Program-made: the position numbers and the translations under genes
The notes under the pieces: generated by a model
The model's input: the letters and a program-made list of their open reading frames with translations, nothing else
Told to the model about the DNA's origin: nothing
The model's database searches: none
Shown: piece by piece, positions 1-12,210 of the stretch
Numbering within the stretch: position 1 is the stretch's first letter
How the letters are laid out: each line of letters begins with the position of its first letter
Source of the DNA: Psammoneis japonica
Taxonomy: Eukaryota
Reading direction: 5' to 3'
Length of the DNA stretch: 41,962 nucleotides
NCBI GenBank assembly: GCA_008632985.1
Contig: QPGO01000070.1
Location: forward strand, 372,001 to 413,962

Positions 1-2
1 TG

Positions 3-1145
3 CCGGCGAGTTTGGCGTTTCTCTTTCTAGCATCGCCGTCGCCAAAAGATCGAGAGTCGTCCATTAAGGAAGTGGAAGCAGTGTCTGTTCCATTCTTCAT
101 CGGCATACTTGGCTCGGTGCTTGGTTGTGTGCTGTCCTTTCTGTTTTGTTTGTTGGGCGCCAACAACCATGAAAGAACACACAAGCGTATACTGGTAGGA
201 CGACAACATTACTGGTGGACACCCGGTCGACTCTTACTCCCGCCCGTGGAAGCTGCTGTTCATGCCGGGTGTCTTTGCGGATCCTATGTTGGTGGTCCGG
301 TCAATTTCTTTGGAGTCAATCACCTCCTCACGCAAACCCTGGGGCACGACGGAGGAGTCTCGGAAGGCATTATTGGTTCTAGCGTGTCGGATCTTTTGCT
401 CATGGCTTTATATTATTCTGCGACTACGGCAAGCTTATCATCTTCGCGCTTAAGGAAGATGTTCCCAGGACGCCCGAGCGAATCATCCTCTCCAATACAT
501 CACGAACAAGACGCAAGCACGACGGAAGCGGTGTTATCCCGAAAGAGACGCACAATGGCGGTCCTTATATCGACAATACTTGTGTGGGCAATGCTGGCTG
601 CATCAAAACCGTTTGATGCGCGAGTCGTATCTGGAATGATTGCGGCACTCGGTGCTTTCGGGTCACTTACAAGTCGGATACTACCAAAGGCACTTGGAAT
701 GTTCAATGCCAACATCATGGACGACGTTCGGGCCGTCTCCACTCCCATGAGTGACGTTTGTTTCTACCTTTTATTTGCAGCCATTGGTGTCTCTTCTGTC
801 AACCTACGGAGTGCAATTGTGCACGAGGGAGGCTGGCATTTTTTGTCCAGCTGCTTTTTCGACAGCACCGCCTTGGTGGTTCACATTGTCACAATGATTG
901 CTGGATCATTGGCTGTGTCTCGCCTATTTTCTTCCAAAGTGAATTTCAGTCTAGAAGAAATCATGGTGGCTTCCAATTCGGGGATTGGAGGACCCGTGAC
1001 GGCGGCCGCCTTTGCCAAGAATGCTTCCTCCAAACGTCAACGTGGTCTTGTCATGGCTGCTACAGTCTGGGGCGTGTTTGGCTATGCAATTGGGACAGAG
1101 TTGGGAGTTGCTTTGACAAAGCATTTATTGAAGCTGGTGCCTTGA
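3..1145 (+). CDS. DUF819-family multi-pass membrane protein, probably 5'-truncated by the window edge
   Basis: Long hydrophobic ORF with DUF819-like motifs SYVGGPVNFFGV, FAAIG and VASNSGIGGPVTAAAFA...GVFGYAIGT. The frame is open to the window start; TGA stop at 1143-1145. Normal CpG/TpA content. Confidence 0.8.
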   Translation, partial: PASLAFLFLASPSPKDRESSIKEVEAVSVPFFIGILGSVLGCVLSFLFCLLGANNHERTHKRILVGRQHYWWTPGRLLLPPVEAAVHAGCLCGSYVGGPVNFFGVNHLLTQTLGHDGGVSEGIIGSSVSDLLLMALYYSATTASLSSSRLRKMFPGRPSESSSPIHHEQDASTTEAVLSRKRRTMAVLISTILVWAMLAASKPFDARVVSGMIAALGAFGSLTSRILPKALGMFNANIMDDVRAVSTPMSDVCFYLLFAAIGVSSVNLRSAIVHEGGWHFLSSCFFDSTALVVHIVTMIAGSLAVSRLFSSKVNFSLEEIMVASNSGIGGPVTAAAFAKNASSKRQRGLVMAATVWGVFGYAIGTELGVALTKHLLKLVP

Positions 1146-1468
1146 ACAATGGTCCTTTACTGCAGAACCTACATTGTCATCGTGGAAGGCGGAAATGAAG
1201 GTCTAAGTTTTCCTGCGTCATCAGTAGGCGCCTGAGCTTTAATGTTGAACTGTCTGTCCGACGCTTCCATACCGCCGAGAACGTGCAAGTCGCAGTACTG
1301 AAACCGACGTAGATTTCTACGTCGATCAACGGATGACTGTGCAACACACAAATTTCCCTCCGATCTATCTCCAATCTTTCGACTTTCGACCGACACAACA
1401 CAACACTAACAAATACTCTGTTGCGTTGCCAACCAAGACATACTACTTCAACAACACACAACAACACG

Positions 1469-2615
<1,147 letters not shown>

Positions 2616-3231
2616 ATATACTTTTAAAAGACGTATGGATTAAGTCAACTTATCAACTTCTGTTAGCGCCCACTACTCTATGTACCAGAAAGAAGCAATA
2701 TCACTCTAGTGCTGCATGCAGTATTCGCACATGCCGTCGCTCCATGTACAGTACCTCTCGCTTCTGTCCCTACTGATGTTCCATGGCTAATCCATTCAAA
2801 AAGCTAGAAGTATGACGTCCGTGTCACATGATACAGATGGAGGACCGGACTAACGTATTCGTAAGGTACTTTTTGCGGAAACAGAAACCTTGATGGGAGT
2901 AACCTATCATACGACAAAACTTTGACTAACAACGCAGGAAATCGCTGCGAAAATGCAGAAAGTCTGTGATTGGATGCGAGTGTGTCAGATTGAAAACCAA
3001 ACTTTACAAGTTTTCGTAAGTCGCTTTTCGCGAGCCAGAAATGACTTTATATCATTGAGCAACGGGCACAGTCTCCATTTAAAACTATGGAAAGCAGACC
3101 CACAACACATACAAGCAAACTCAAAGCTTGCCCGACAAAAATCTCCTTCATATCGGCCGTGGTTCCTAACAAACGTGACTGACTTTTGCAAACAGGTGTT
3201 CAACCCGAATCAACGCAATCATGTAGCGCAA

Positions 3232-3681
3232 CTATAAAGGAGGAGGTGGCGACGAATACTGCGACAGGTCTACGCCCTGTCCTTGCTGCTGTTGCTTCTT
3301 TTCATTTGATGGTGCAATACCCAACATTGCTTTAATTCGTCGAAGCCGCGCCTGGAGAAACTTGCGGACGTGGTTCGACCGGTGAAGTTGCAAAACTCGG
3401 AAGAGGCAAGGCCGACGCATCCGGTGGTGATTGAAAGGCAGAAAACGCAAAATTGTCATCTTTGGGAGGCGATTTTTGCGGTGTGGATTCTTCTTCTTTT
3501 TTGGTTTCTTCTTCTTTTTGCTTTTGGGCGGTGCTTGTTGTTCCTTCTTGCTGTCATCAACCGGAGTAACCACGGATGACTCGGGAACTTTGCGTGGGGC
3601 TGGGGCACTTCCTCCTACTCCCAGTCCAAGCATATCCTTAAGGGCATTGGTTGCCTCCTTGTTTACATCGTCTTCGCTCAT
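3232..3681 (-). CDS. Small disordered protein with a PNRC/Edc1-like decapping-activator motif (two compensating frameshifts, probably assembly errors)
   Basis: An alternative frame at 3451-3392 reads FAFSAFQSPPDASALPLPSF, resembling the PNRC/Edc1 motif (YAGxxFxxSPxPSxLPxPxF). It is flanked by ALKDMLGL and LKAMLGI helical motifs and a Lys-rich tract. Confidence 0.65.
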   Translation of the reverse strand: MSEDDVNKEATNALKDMLGLGVGGSAPAPRKVPESSVVTPVDDSKKEQQAPPKSKKKKKPKKKKNPHRKNRLPKMTILRFLPFNHHRMRRPCLFRVLQLHRSNHVRKFLQARLRRIKAMLGIAPSNEKKQQQQGQGVDLSQYSSPPPPL

Positions 3682-5669
3682 GGTTTGCCTAATATAAAAG
3701 TCCTTCTCTGTCGCTGTACTGTAACCTGGTCGAATGCGGCGAATGGCCTTCCGCCAGAAAAATCTGAAAACACCGCGGACCGCGGGCGTGCAGTTGCGCG
3801 CAGCAATTACTTCCTGTGGATTTTAGGCGGGCGTGTTGCGAGCGAGGCAGGCAGGCAAGCGCAAGCGCAAGCAAGCAAGCGCAAGCCAAGGGGAGGCGAG
3901 GAGCGAGCGAAATGCAGCAAAAGCAAATTTCGCAAGCAGGCGCATTGCACCTGCCTGAAGACGACACAAAGAATTGGACGCTTCACTGGACGGCTGTGTC
4001 TCAATGTCTTCACAACCACACTCACAGAGAGTGAGGACAAAAGAATGTTTGAAGAAGAAGCTTCAATGATGGGCACCATCACACCCGTCACAATCTCTTG
4101 GGAGAGAGAAAAGTGTCTGCAGCACTCTTCTTCCCCTTGGGCTTCATTTGTGGATGTTCATCACTGGCAAACCAGGGCTCAGTGACACCCATGTGAGTGT
4201 CACAAAATGTCTCATCGGCATCATCTTCATCGTGTGCCTCTCTCCAACCAAATTGACGGCGGCGCTTGCAGCCCACAAATGGTCTGGTGTGTGCAACAGA
4301 CTGAGAGAGTGTGCCAGCACAGCGCAGCTCATTGTCATCAACAACACACTCTGCTGTCTCTTGCACTTGGGTGTTGTCTTTAGGAGGCTTTGTTGCCTGG
4401 TTTTTGACAAACTGACAAAGTCAAAGACATGGTTTGTGACGCAGTGTTTTCATCCATCATGATCCTCAAACAAGAAGTCCTGTGACAGGCCAGCCACCCT
4501 GCTTTGGATCTTCGTCATTGTTGAAACTGGCTCTCATGGCAACATCTGAAAGTCAAAAATCTTGATCTGCTGGCAATCCATTCCTCACATCCTTGTTCAG
4601 GTGCCAGGAGAATTTTGGACCTTGTTTTCCTCCTTGCGACCCACAACCATGCAAGCTGAGTCATGTCAGCTGCTGAAGTGCAGGTCATTTGAAGACAAGA
4701 GAGGGCTTCTTTTTGTCTGACATGGAGGCCACTTTTTTCCTCTTTTTGCCTTCTTGGGACTTGGTTTCCTTCTGAGAGTCTTTGTCAACAGCAACAGTGC
4801 TGGCAAAGAGAACAAGAGCAAGTGCCCAGCTTTGTGCAATGGCACAACAGCTGTTCTCTCACCACAAGCTCAAGAGGGGAGGACAACCAAGAACCTGGTT
4901 GTCAGCAACTTTGACCACAGAGACAGCTGGGTTTGTGCAGTTCTGTCTAGAGACACAACAAGAAAGGGACTTTGTCTTGGGAAGAAGCTTGGTGGCAGAA
5001 AAATGAAGAATGGCATGTCGCTGGCATTGAGAGCAAGCCACTTGGCAGCTCTCCAAGCACCACCACACAAGAGGGCTCTGAGAAGGTTCTCAGGCAATGA
5101 CTGTGCAAGACATTGCAGTTGAAGAGGATTGTCATCATTGGACAATGACTTTTGACAACATGGCAACAATCTGGGATTGCGCCATGTGATTGTCCTTGTC
5201 AGGTGGTGTGGAAACATGGTGGGTTGAGTTGCACATGCATCATGGCCCCTGCTTTCTTGAAAGTGAGCATGTGTCCAAAAGCACAAAAAGTTCAAACAAA
5301 ACCCATCATCTTGACAGAAAAGAAGTGTTGTGTCACATCCACAGATGGGCAAACAACAGAAAGACAAACAAAAGCAACAGGTGCTCAAATGTTCAAAGTG
5401 GTGGATGACCTCAAAACAGAAAAACAGCCAACTGACTGGCCAGGAGCCAATCATTTTTCAACCCAAAAATTGCCGGGGAAACTCACAATTTGGAGTTGTT
5501 GCAGAAAGCAATTTGTGCTTGGCCCCACAGCCTTTGAAAGCCATTGGGTGCCATTTTGCACAAAGACCACTTGCGAATTTGTTCATTTAAAAAGTGGTCA
5601 GCCCCAAACCCAGACTTCCTCCCTTCTTGTGTCACCAATCTGTCTCCAGTCTGGGCAAGGGCAGGTGCA

Positions 5670-5689
5670 GGGGGGGGGGGGGGGGGGGG
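5670..5689 (+). repeat. Poly-G tract (G20); a second G14 tract at 9175-9188
   Basis: Direct observation. Confidence 0.9.
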
Positions 5690-7357
5690 TGACACAGATG
5701 GGCAACAATTTCTTGTTTTGCTGCCATCAGCCAAAATGTCATGACAACCAAAGAGCGTGAGAAAGCTGCTCGTTTGTTGTGGTGAAGAGAAACCAGGGTG
5801 ATGACATTGTGCCAGATCTTTGCTGACCACTTTTTTAAATTTGGGGTGGGGAAGAAGAGGTGGCAGTGGCAGCATGCAAGTGCTGTTGCTGTGCATGTGT
5901 GTCAAGAAAGAAGGGGCCCCAAGCATTGTGGCACTCTTGTTTGCTGACTCTGTGCAATCTCCAGCATCTGCTGCACCAAGCTGTTGCCCCCCCAGCACAT
6001 GTGCTCTTGCAGCTTCTCCTCCTCCTGTGTTTTCAGCTGTGGCTGCTTGGGGCACTCTTTAAGAAATTGCCCAGCTGCTGGCAGTGGCAAGCTTCTGCTT
6101 GCAGTTGTTGTGCATCTTGCATGGAGCAGTCACTGCAAGGCACAAACTGTGCAAAAATTGATGCCACACGAGCAGGTCTCTGGCAAAAAAGCAGTGACAC
6201 ACAGATGTGCTCCAGCCCCAGGTGGGACTCTGCATGATGTTGGCCAATGGAATTCTGTGTGTGAGCTCTGCAGCTCATGCTCTGGCCAGCAGGTGTGCTC
6301 ATCTTTGATGCTCAAATGAGTGGCCAAGTTTGTAGAACATTTGCACCTCTTTGCTGTTGGAGTTCTTGAAAATCCACCTTCCCTGCACTGTTTTTTTCTG
6401 AGGACATTCAAGAGTGGCTTTGTGTGAAAAAATGTCAAAAGTTGTTGACAATTGGATCACCCAAAAATTGTGCACCACAAAATGACACAAAATTTTGCCA
6501 AAATGTCACAAAAAGGAGCACGCACAATGTGCGGTGCTCAACCAAAAAGCATCAATGTCACTGTTCAGCACTGTGCAAGGTCTGACCTGGAGTTGGAGTG
6601 TGTGCACAGGCCAGGTGGAAAAAAGGCATGTTGGCTGTTTGAAAGAGCAGCAGCCAACTCTGCACAGCCTTGAAAGACAGCATCTCATCCCACCATGTGA
6701 GATGTTGAGGGGGGCAACCTGCAAAACAGCTGGTGTGGGGTTGGCTGCAAAACAAGTGCAAAACATGCCAACAGGATGACTTGTGCAGTGGCAGGGTCAA
6801 CAGCAATGCCGCCAGTGTGGTGGGACCTGTCACAGCAGATGTGGCAGCTGGGAGCTCCACCACAAGCAGTGCTGCAACCACTGCCTCATCCATGACTGAC
6901 ACATTGACCATGGTCACCATGACAGCTGCCAGCACAGCCATGACAAAATGAGAAAGCTGTTGCCCCCTCTGTTGTTTTTGTTGTGGTCTCTAAACAGGCT
7001 GTGCCACACACTGTTGACAACAAGAATCATGCTTTCAAAACAGCCTGTGTGCTTGGGTTGCTGAAGCACAGAACTCAGCATGATCAAGAACATTGCAAAG
7101 CACCCACTTGCCTGTCCCCTGCTCCTCAGATTGTTTTGACACAATGGCTCACCACACACAACAACAACAGCTGGCTGCTGATGAAGCCACCATGAAAGTC
7201 TTGCAAAAGCCTTGCTCCTGACTTCAGCCTGTGCTGTTGTGCCTGCCATTCACTCCGCAGCTTGGATGACTGTCCAACTGGCAGCTCCTGCCTCAGCTTC
7301 TCATTCTTTGTTGGTCATGTTTGATGGAAAATTGGCTGCTCCAATTTTTCATTTGTT

Positions 7358-7360
<3 letters not shown>

Positions 7361-7390
<30 letters not shown>
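7361..7390 (+). repeat. (GA)15 microsatellite
   Basis: Direct observation. Confidence 0.95.
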
Positions 7391-7394
<4 letters not shown>

Positions 7395-9699
7395 GCACAC
7401 AGTGGAGTGAAGAAATTCAAGAGAGACTGGATGACCACAACATTGCCCAAAGAGAAGAGCACAGCAACTCTGCAACAGTGGGCATTGAGCCAATGCTGTG
7501 CTGCAAAAAGCTGACTTTTGTCCCTCAGTTTGTGGCTGGTGCAAAACCAAACCAAAAAACAAACAAGAGGAACAGCAGAAATGTGCCACACTGGCAGAAA
7601 CACAATGGCACAGGGGGCAAGTCATGAAAGCACTGGGTGAGTGTTTGGATGAATTGAAGTGCAGCAAAAACCTGGCACTCATGACAATGCTGTCTCTTGC
7701 TTGGAAGGAAATTGCAAAGAGCAGACTGACCAAGAATGGCAAAAGCACAATGCAGGGTGTGGGAGGGGAGACAATGGCTGAAAAAGCATGAAGAGAAACA
7801 GAGATGGTGGAGAAAAAAGCATCTGCAAAACAAGCAAAGCCAACAGGAGGACAGAAAAACAAGGAAGGCTGCAGCTGCTGCACTCAACAGAAGCAAGGGG
7901 CAAGAACAAACAAAATCAAGAAAACACAGCAATCTGGTGTGTGAAATGTGAACAAGTGGTGCATGTGGAGCCAAAATTTACAAACTCAGAACAATCTGTT
8001 TGTGAACAAGTTGTTGCTTGGTGCAGGTAGCCAGCGCCAATGAGGATGAGTTTGCAATTGTCCAGTGGCAAATGACAATGAAAAAGGCTCTGAACAAGCC
8101 CCATTTTGTGGAGCACACTGCCAGAGCATTGACTGGGAATTGTTGGCTGATGTTGTTCTGGTGCAACCAGGCTCAAATGAGAGCAAAATTTGTTGGCTGT
8201 GTTTTGTCTGCTTTGACCAGCATCAAACATTGGCATTGGCAAGAATTGGCCCATTGTTGTGGCTGGGCATTTGGGCAAGAAAAATTAGAGCAAGTTCATC
8301 AACAGCATGTTTTCCCACCAATTTGACTGGCAACTCACTTGAGACTTGTGAAAAGTTCTTTTGTTCCATCACACCAAGCAATTTTAAACTGACAGTGTCC
8401 AGCACAAAAGCACTGTCACCAAGCAAGCCCAGAACCTGAGCAAGTGCAGAAACATCTTCCAGATTGTGGGCAGGGAGCAAATGTTGCTGTTGCAAGTTGT
8501 TGGTCAGCTTTGCTGGAAAAAATGAACATTTTGGGCATTCTCCACTGGCGTTGTTGTTTTGATCATGCTCAAAGATTAAAACCACATCCCACATGCAGCG
8601 TTCAAGGAAGCCAGTGTTCTGTCACCTCATGCAGATTTGGATGTTGTGCAAATTGCCCAGGGAGAGCTCAATGTTTGGCAAGACTTTGAAAGCAAAAATC
8701 TTGGCAACCATTTGTGCAGTGTCGGCATGGATTTTTCAAAGCTGTTGGTGTGCCACATCTGTGCATTGTGCACTGTGCACTCACACAGAAAATTGGCACT
8801 TGTGGGTCCCAGTGGGGGTGCTGCAGCCCAAAGCAAGCAGATGTGACATGTGCTGGTTGTTGCTCGCCACTCCATGAAATGTGATTGAGCGCATTGCCAG
8901 CAGCAGCTCAGACCATGATCAGTGCCACACATTTCTCACTTTGGCACACCCACTCCTCTTCTTGCAGTTTTTGCAACAACCAATCTTGCTGTGCTCATTT
9001 TGAAATCATTTTCTGCAACACAGCCAACTGCCCATGCTGCTGTGGCATTTTTCAAGGCACTGGAAGACAACCCTGACATCTTTCACATGTTTGTGTGGGG
9101 GTGTGCTGGCAAACACCTGGACCTCCTTGACAGCAGCACCCTTGGTGGGTCCAGACAAACAATGGCAACCATCAGGGGGGGGGGGGGGTGCTGGGGAGGG
9201 GGGTTGGCATGTTCTTTTCATCTTGAGCTGGGTCAGCAGCAGCTCACTTTTCCTTGCACTGCTGGCATTGGCAAGTGCTTCAGCAGCTGCAAGCAAGCTG
9301 TGCAGCACATGCTTTTTCTGCACAATCTAAGAACCTGTCACACACTCACCTTTTCATCTCCACTTTGATGGGTGGGAGCTTGCAAGCCATGCATTGCTTT
9401 GTCTCTCTTCTTCATCAGACAAGTCCAGCAATGAGTGCAATGTGGCTTTCATGAAGAGCACAGCTGCTTGGTGGCCAACAAGTGGCTCTGCTGCACACAC
9501 TGAGCAATTTCCAGACACACCAGACACCTTGCTGGCAGAGAAAATCTTTTCACCCTTCTTCCAGCACCAAGCTGTGCACTGCACGTGGTGCCATCAGCTG
9601 CGACACACAGCTCTCAACACATGTGCAACCTTGAGCAAGGAAATGGGTCAGAGTGATCAGTCTGCTGCTGACACAGCTGCAACACCTGTGCACAGAAAA

Positions 9700-10280
9700 T
9701 CTCATTGCAGAAACAATGGAGACCCCAGCAGCCCAGCTGGGATTGATGACTGCACAACTTGGCAATGTGACAATCATGGTCATCAGTGTGGGTTGCCACA
9801 AAAGGCAAAGATTGGTTGCTGAAATTGACAAAAATGGCAGCCACCTCAGACTCCTTTGTGGAGCCAGCTCAAGGTGCAGCATGCTTCAGAAGAAGTGGGA
9901 ACCCCAAAACAAGCATGCCAGTCATTGCTGCTCATGGTTTGTCTCTTTCAAGTTTCAAGAGGTGCACATGAACTGCCATCGAGACCAAATGTCCTTTGCA
10001 ATGGCTGCTCCAACACTTGCAGCAAACAGCAAAGTCAGAGCACAGTGTTGGATGCTCACAAAGTGCTCCCAGCAAGCCCAAGAGTTGAGTTGGCCTGATG
10101 TTGACTTAACCCAATGCTTCAATTGTGCATTGCAAGCATGGGTGTGGAGTGGAGCTGCGGATGCCAGTGATCAAGCAGAGGAACTTGTTCTTCAGCCTCA
10201 TGAACACATTTGCCTCAATGTCATTTCATGCACAGCTTGCTTGGAAGCCCATGCCAACAGTCACGGGCTGGAGAGAAGAC
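9700..10280 (+). pseudogene. Decayed pentatricopeptide-repeat (PPR) gene fragment
   Basis: PDVDLTQCFNCALQAWVWSGAADASDQAEELV and LNVISCTACLEAHANS resemble stramenopile PPR repeats (PDxxxYNxxIxAWxxSG...AxxAExLL; PNVISYTxxxxAYA), with Y>C and Y>H changes. The 5' boundary is approximate. Confidence 0.55.
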
Positions 10281-10617
10281 AAGGATTTTGAACCCCCCCC
10301 CTCAATTGCTGCAGCGCTTCAACCTCAGCGCGCAAACTGCCCTGTCACACATGCAGCACCCAGTGTTTTCTCGTGGATGCCTCGCCTTCTTAAGCAGTTT
10401 TCTTTTAGTGCTCGAAAACACTTTTTTTGACATGGTCGTTGCCATCCTCAAAAATGTTGAGTGAGATACCATACAGAACAAAGGACAACCCAACCGCGAA
10501 CGAGATCAATGAAAGTTATATTTATTATGAGCTTTGTTATCAAATTTCTTGTGCACACTTGTTGTTTTCCACTTTGTCACAGAGCAGTTGAAACCACACC
10601 ATTGTGACGTACTTGAG

Positions 10618-11805
10618 CTAGAACAGTCCCGGCCAGTTGTCCCAGATCTCCTGAGTCCAACATAGTTCTTCTAGTGCCTCTTGCTGTTCAACAGTGAGTT
10701 CAGCCCACGCCGCGTCGTCGGACGCTGGTGGACAATTTATCCCTATTCCTTCGTCCCAGCACTCCCGCGTGTAGCCAAGAGTCTCAAACGCCGGCGTCAA
10801 TCCTTCTGCTTCTAGCTCGTCCCAAGTATAATCAAGGTAGTGATTGGCATAGCAGTCCCAGGTGCCTTCAAAATAACCAACAATAGACAAATCATCTCTC
10901 TGATCATCAGACAGACTCTCCCAAGCCAAGCCCTCCACATCAGCATTTAAACCGCGGATTGGCCATAAGACATTGTTGTAACCAACTCGCTCAAGTGCTT
11001 CTCGAACATCCGTTGGTAGATCTTCCCAAGCAACACCGTCAAACGGCTTATCAGGGAAGGCTGTCGGGCTTGAAGTAGGTGCATCGGTTGCGATAGTGGG
11101 CATTGGAGTCGGCGGCTCCGTTTCATCAGGCGTCGGGGGTGCCGTAGGTGACGGAGTCGGCGGCTCCGTTTCATCAGGCGTTGGGGGTGCCGTAGGTGAC
11201 GGAGTCGGTGGCTCCGTCTCATCAGGCGTCGGGGGTGCCGTAGGTGACGGAGTCGGCGGCTCCGTTTCATCAGGCGTCGGGGATGGCGTAGGTGACGGAG
11301 TCGGCGGTTCCGTTCCAATCGGCGTCGGGGGTGCCGTAGGTGACGGAGTCTGCGGCTCCGGTGCATCAGGCGTCGGGGAAGGCGTAGGTGACGGAGTCTG
11401 CGGCTCCGGTGCATCAGGCGTCGGGGATGGCGTAGGTGACGGAGTCTGCGGCTCCGGTGCATCAGGCGTCGGGGATGGCGTAGGTGACGGAGTCTGCGGC
11501 TCCGGTGCATCAGGCGTCGGGGATGGCGTAGGTGACGGAGTCTGCGGCTCCGGTGCATCAGGCGTCGGGGATGGCGTAGGTGACGGAGTTGGTGGTGGTG
11601 CTATTGCCACAGTAGGGGTTGGAGTCGGCGGTGATAGACTTTCTTGAAGGGCGCGCATCCAAAAGGCCTCTACTTCATCAGCAGTTAGCGTATCATCGAT
11701 CCCTAAACTCGCTCGAAGACTGCCTTTCTCATTCGTAAAGGCGCCATTCACTGGGAAATGAGAAGTGAGCAGGAAGGCTAGACGTAGAATAGCAATCAAC
11801 CTCAT
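10618..11805 (-). CDS. Secreted Pro/Thr-rich mucin-like protein with an RXL motif and C-terminal Trp-rich repeats
   Basis: ATG at 11805 gives a signal-peptide-like [21 protein letters not shown]. This is followed by [11 protein letters not shown] (RXL), about ten 16-aa PT repeats, and four WxxL...(G)Y/W...W(D) repeats. Intact ORF, TAG at 10620-10618. Confidence 0.85.
   Translation of the reverse strand: MRLIAILRLAFLLTSHFPVNGAFTNEKGSLRASLGIDDTLTADEVEAFWMRALQESLSPPTPTPTVAIAPPPTPSPTPSPTPDAPEPQTPSPTPSPTPDAPEPQTPSPTPSPTPDAPEPQTPSPTPSPTPDAPEPQTPSPTPSPTPDAPEPQTPSPTAPPTPIGTEPPTPSPTPSPTPDETEPPTPSPTAPPTPDETEPPTPSPTAPPTPDETEPPTPSPTAPPTPDETEPPTPMPTIATDAPTSSPTAFPDKPFDGVAWEDLPTDVREALERVGYNNVLWPIRGLNADVEGLAWESLSDDQRDDLSIVGYFEGTWDCYANHYLDYTWDELEAEGLTPAFETLGYTRECWDEGIGINCPPASDDAAWAELTVEQQEALEELCWTQEIWDNWPGLF
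11105..11590 (-). repeat. Coding tandem repeat, 48-bp unit, about 10 copies of two subtypes ([16 protein letters not shown] and [16 protein letters not shown])
   Basis: Unit ggcgtaggtgacggagtctgcggctccggtgcatcaggcgtcggggat is repeated almost perfectly. Confidence 0.95.
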
Positions 11806-12210
11806 AGTTTCTTCGTCTTGTGAATGCGGATGTAGAATGAAGAAAGACTTCAATTCTCACGATGTGTGGTGATGTTGTGAGAAGGACCTATTTCCGCCAA
11901 ATTGACATGCGACATTATGCGGTACAACATTCAACATACATATTATGCATACATAATACTTTATTGATACGAAACCCTGATCAAACAATTCGGTTCGGAA
12001 GAAAAATATATAAATAATACAACGGTCATCGGCGATCCATACACATATGAGGATATTTCCTGGAGGCAATAGTACTAAAATAATCGATTTATTACATTTA
12101 AGTAAGTAAAGAAATGCACATGAAGATCGTTAATCGCCAGAAACCGTTTTGAGTCGTTGGCGTGCTGTACATACTGTACACAACATCATACTGTGTGTAA
12201 CGGTTGGGCC

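Larger units (their letters stand above)
3780..10450. other. CpG- and TpA-depleted, TpG/CpA-rich decayed domain A
   Basis: By inspection CG and TA are rare over about 6.7 kb. Normal composition resumes abruptly at about 10465 (gagataccatacag). No credible long ORFs. Confidence 0.85.

Noticed and set aside
10947..11647. Arg/His-rich (10947-11558, minus) and Gly/Val-rich (11096-11647, plus) ORFs
   Set aside because: These are shadow frames of the 48-bp Pro/Thr coding repeat.
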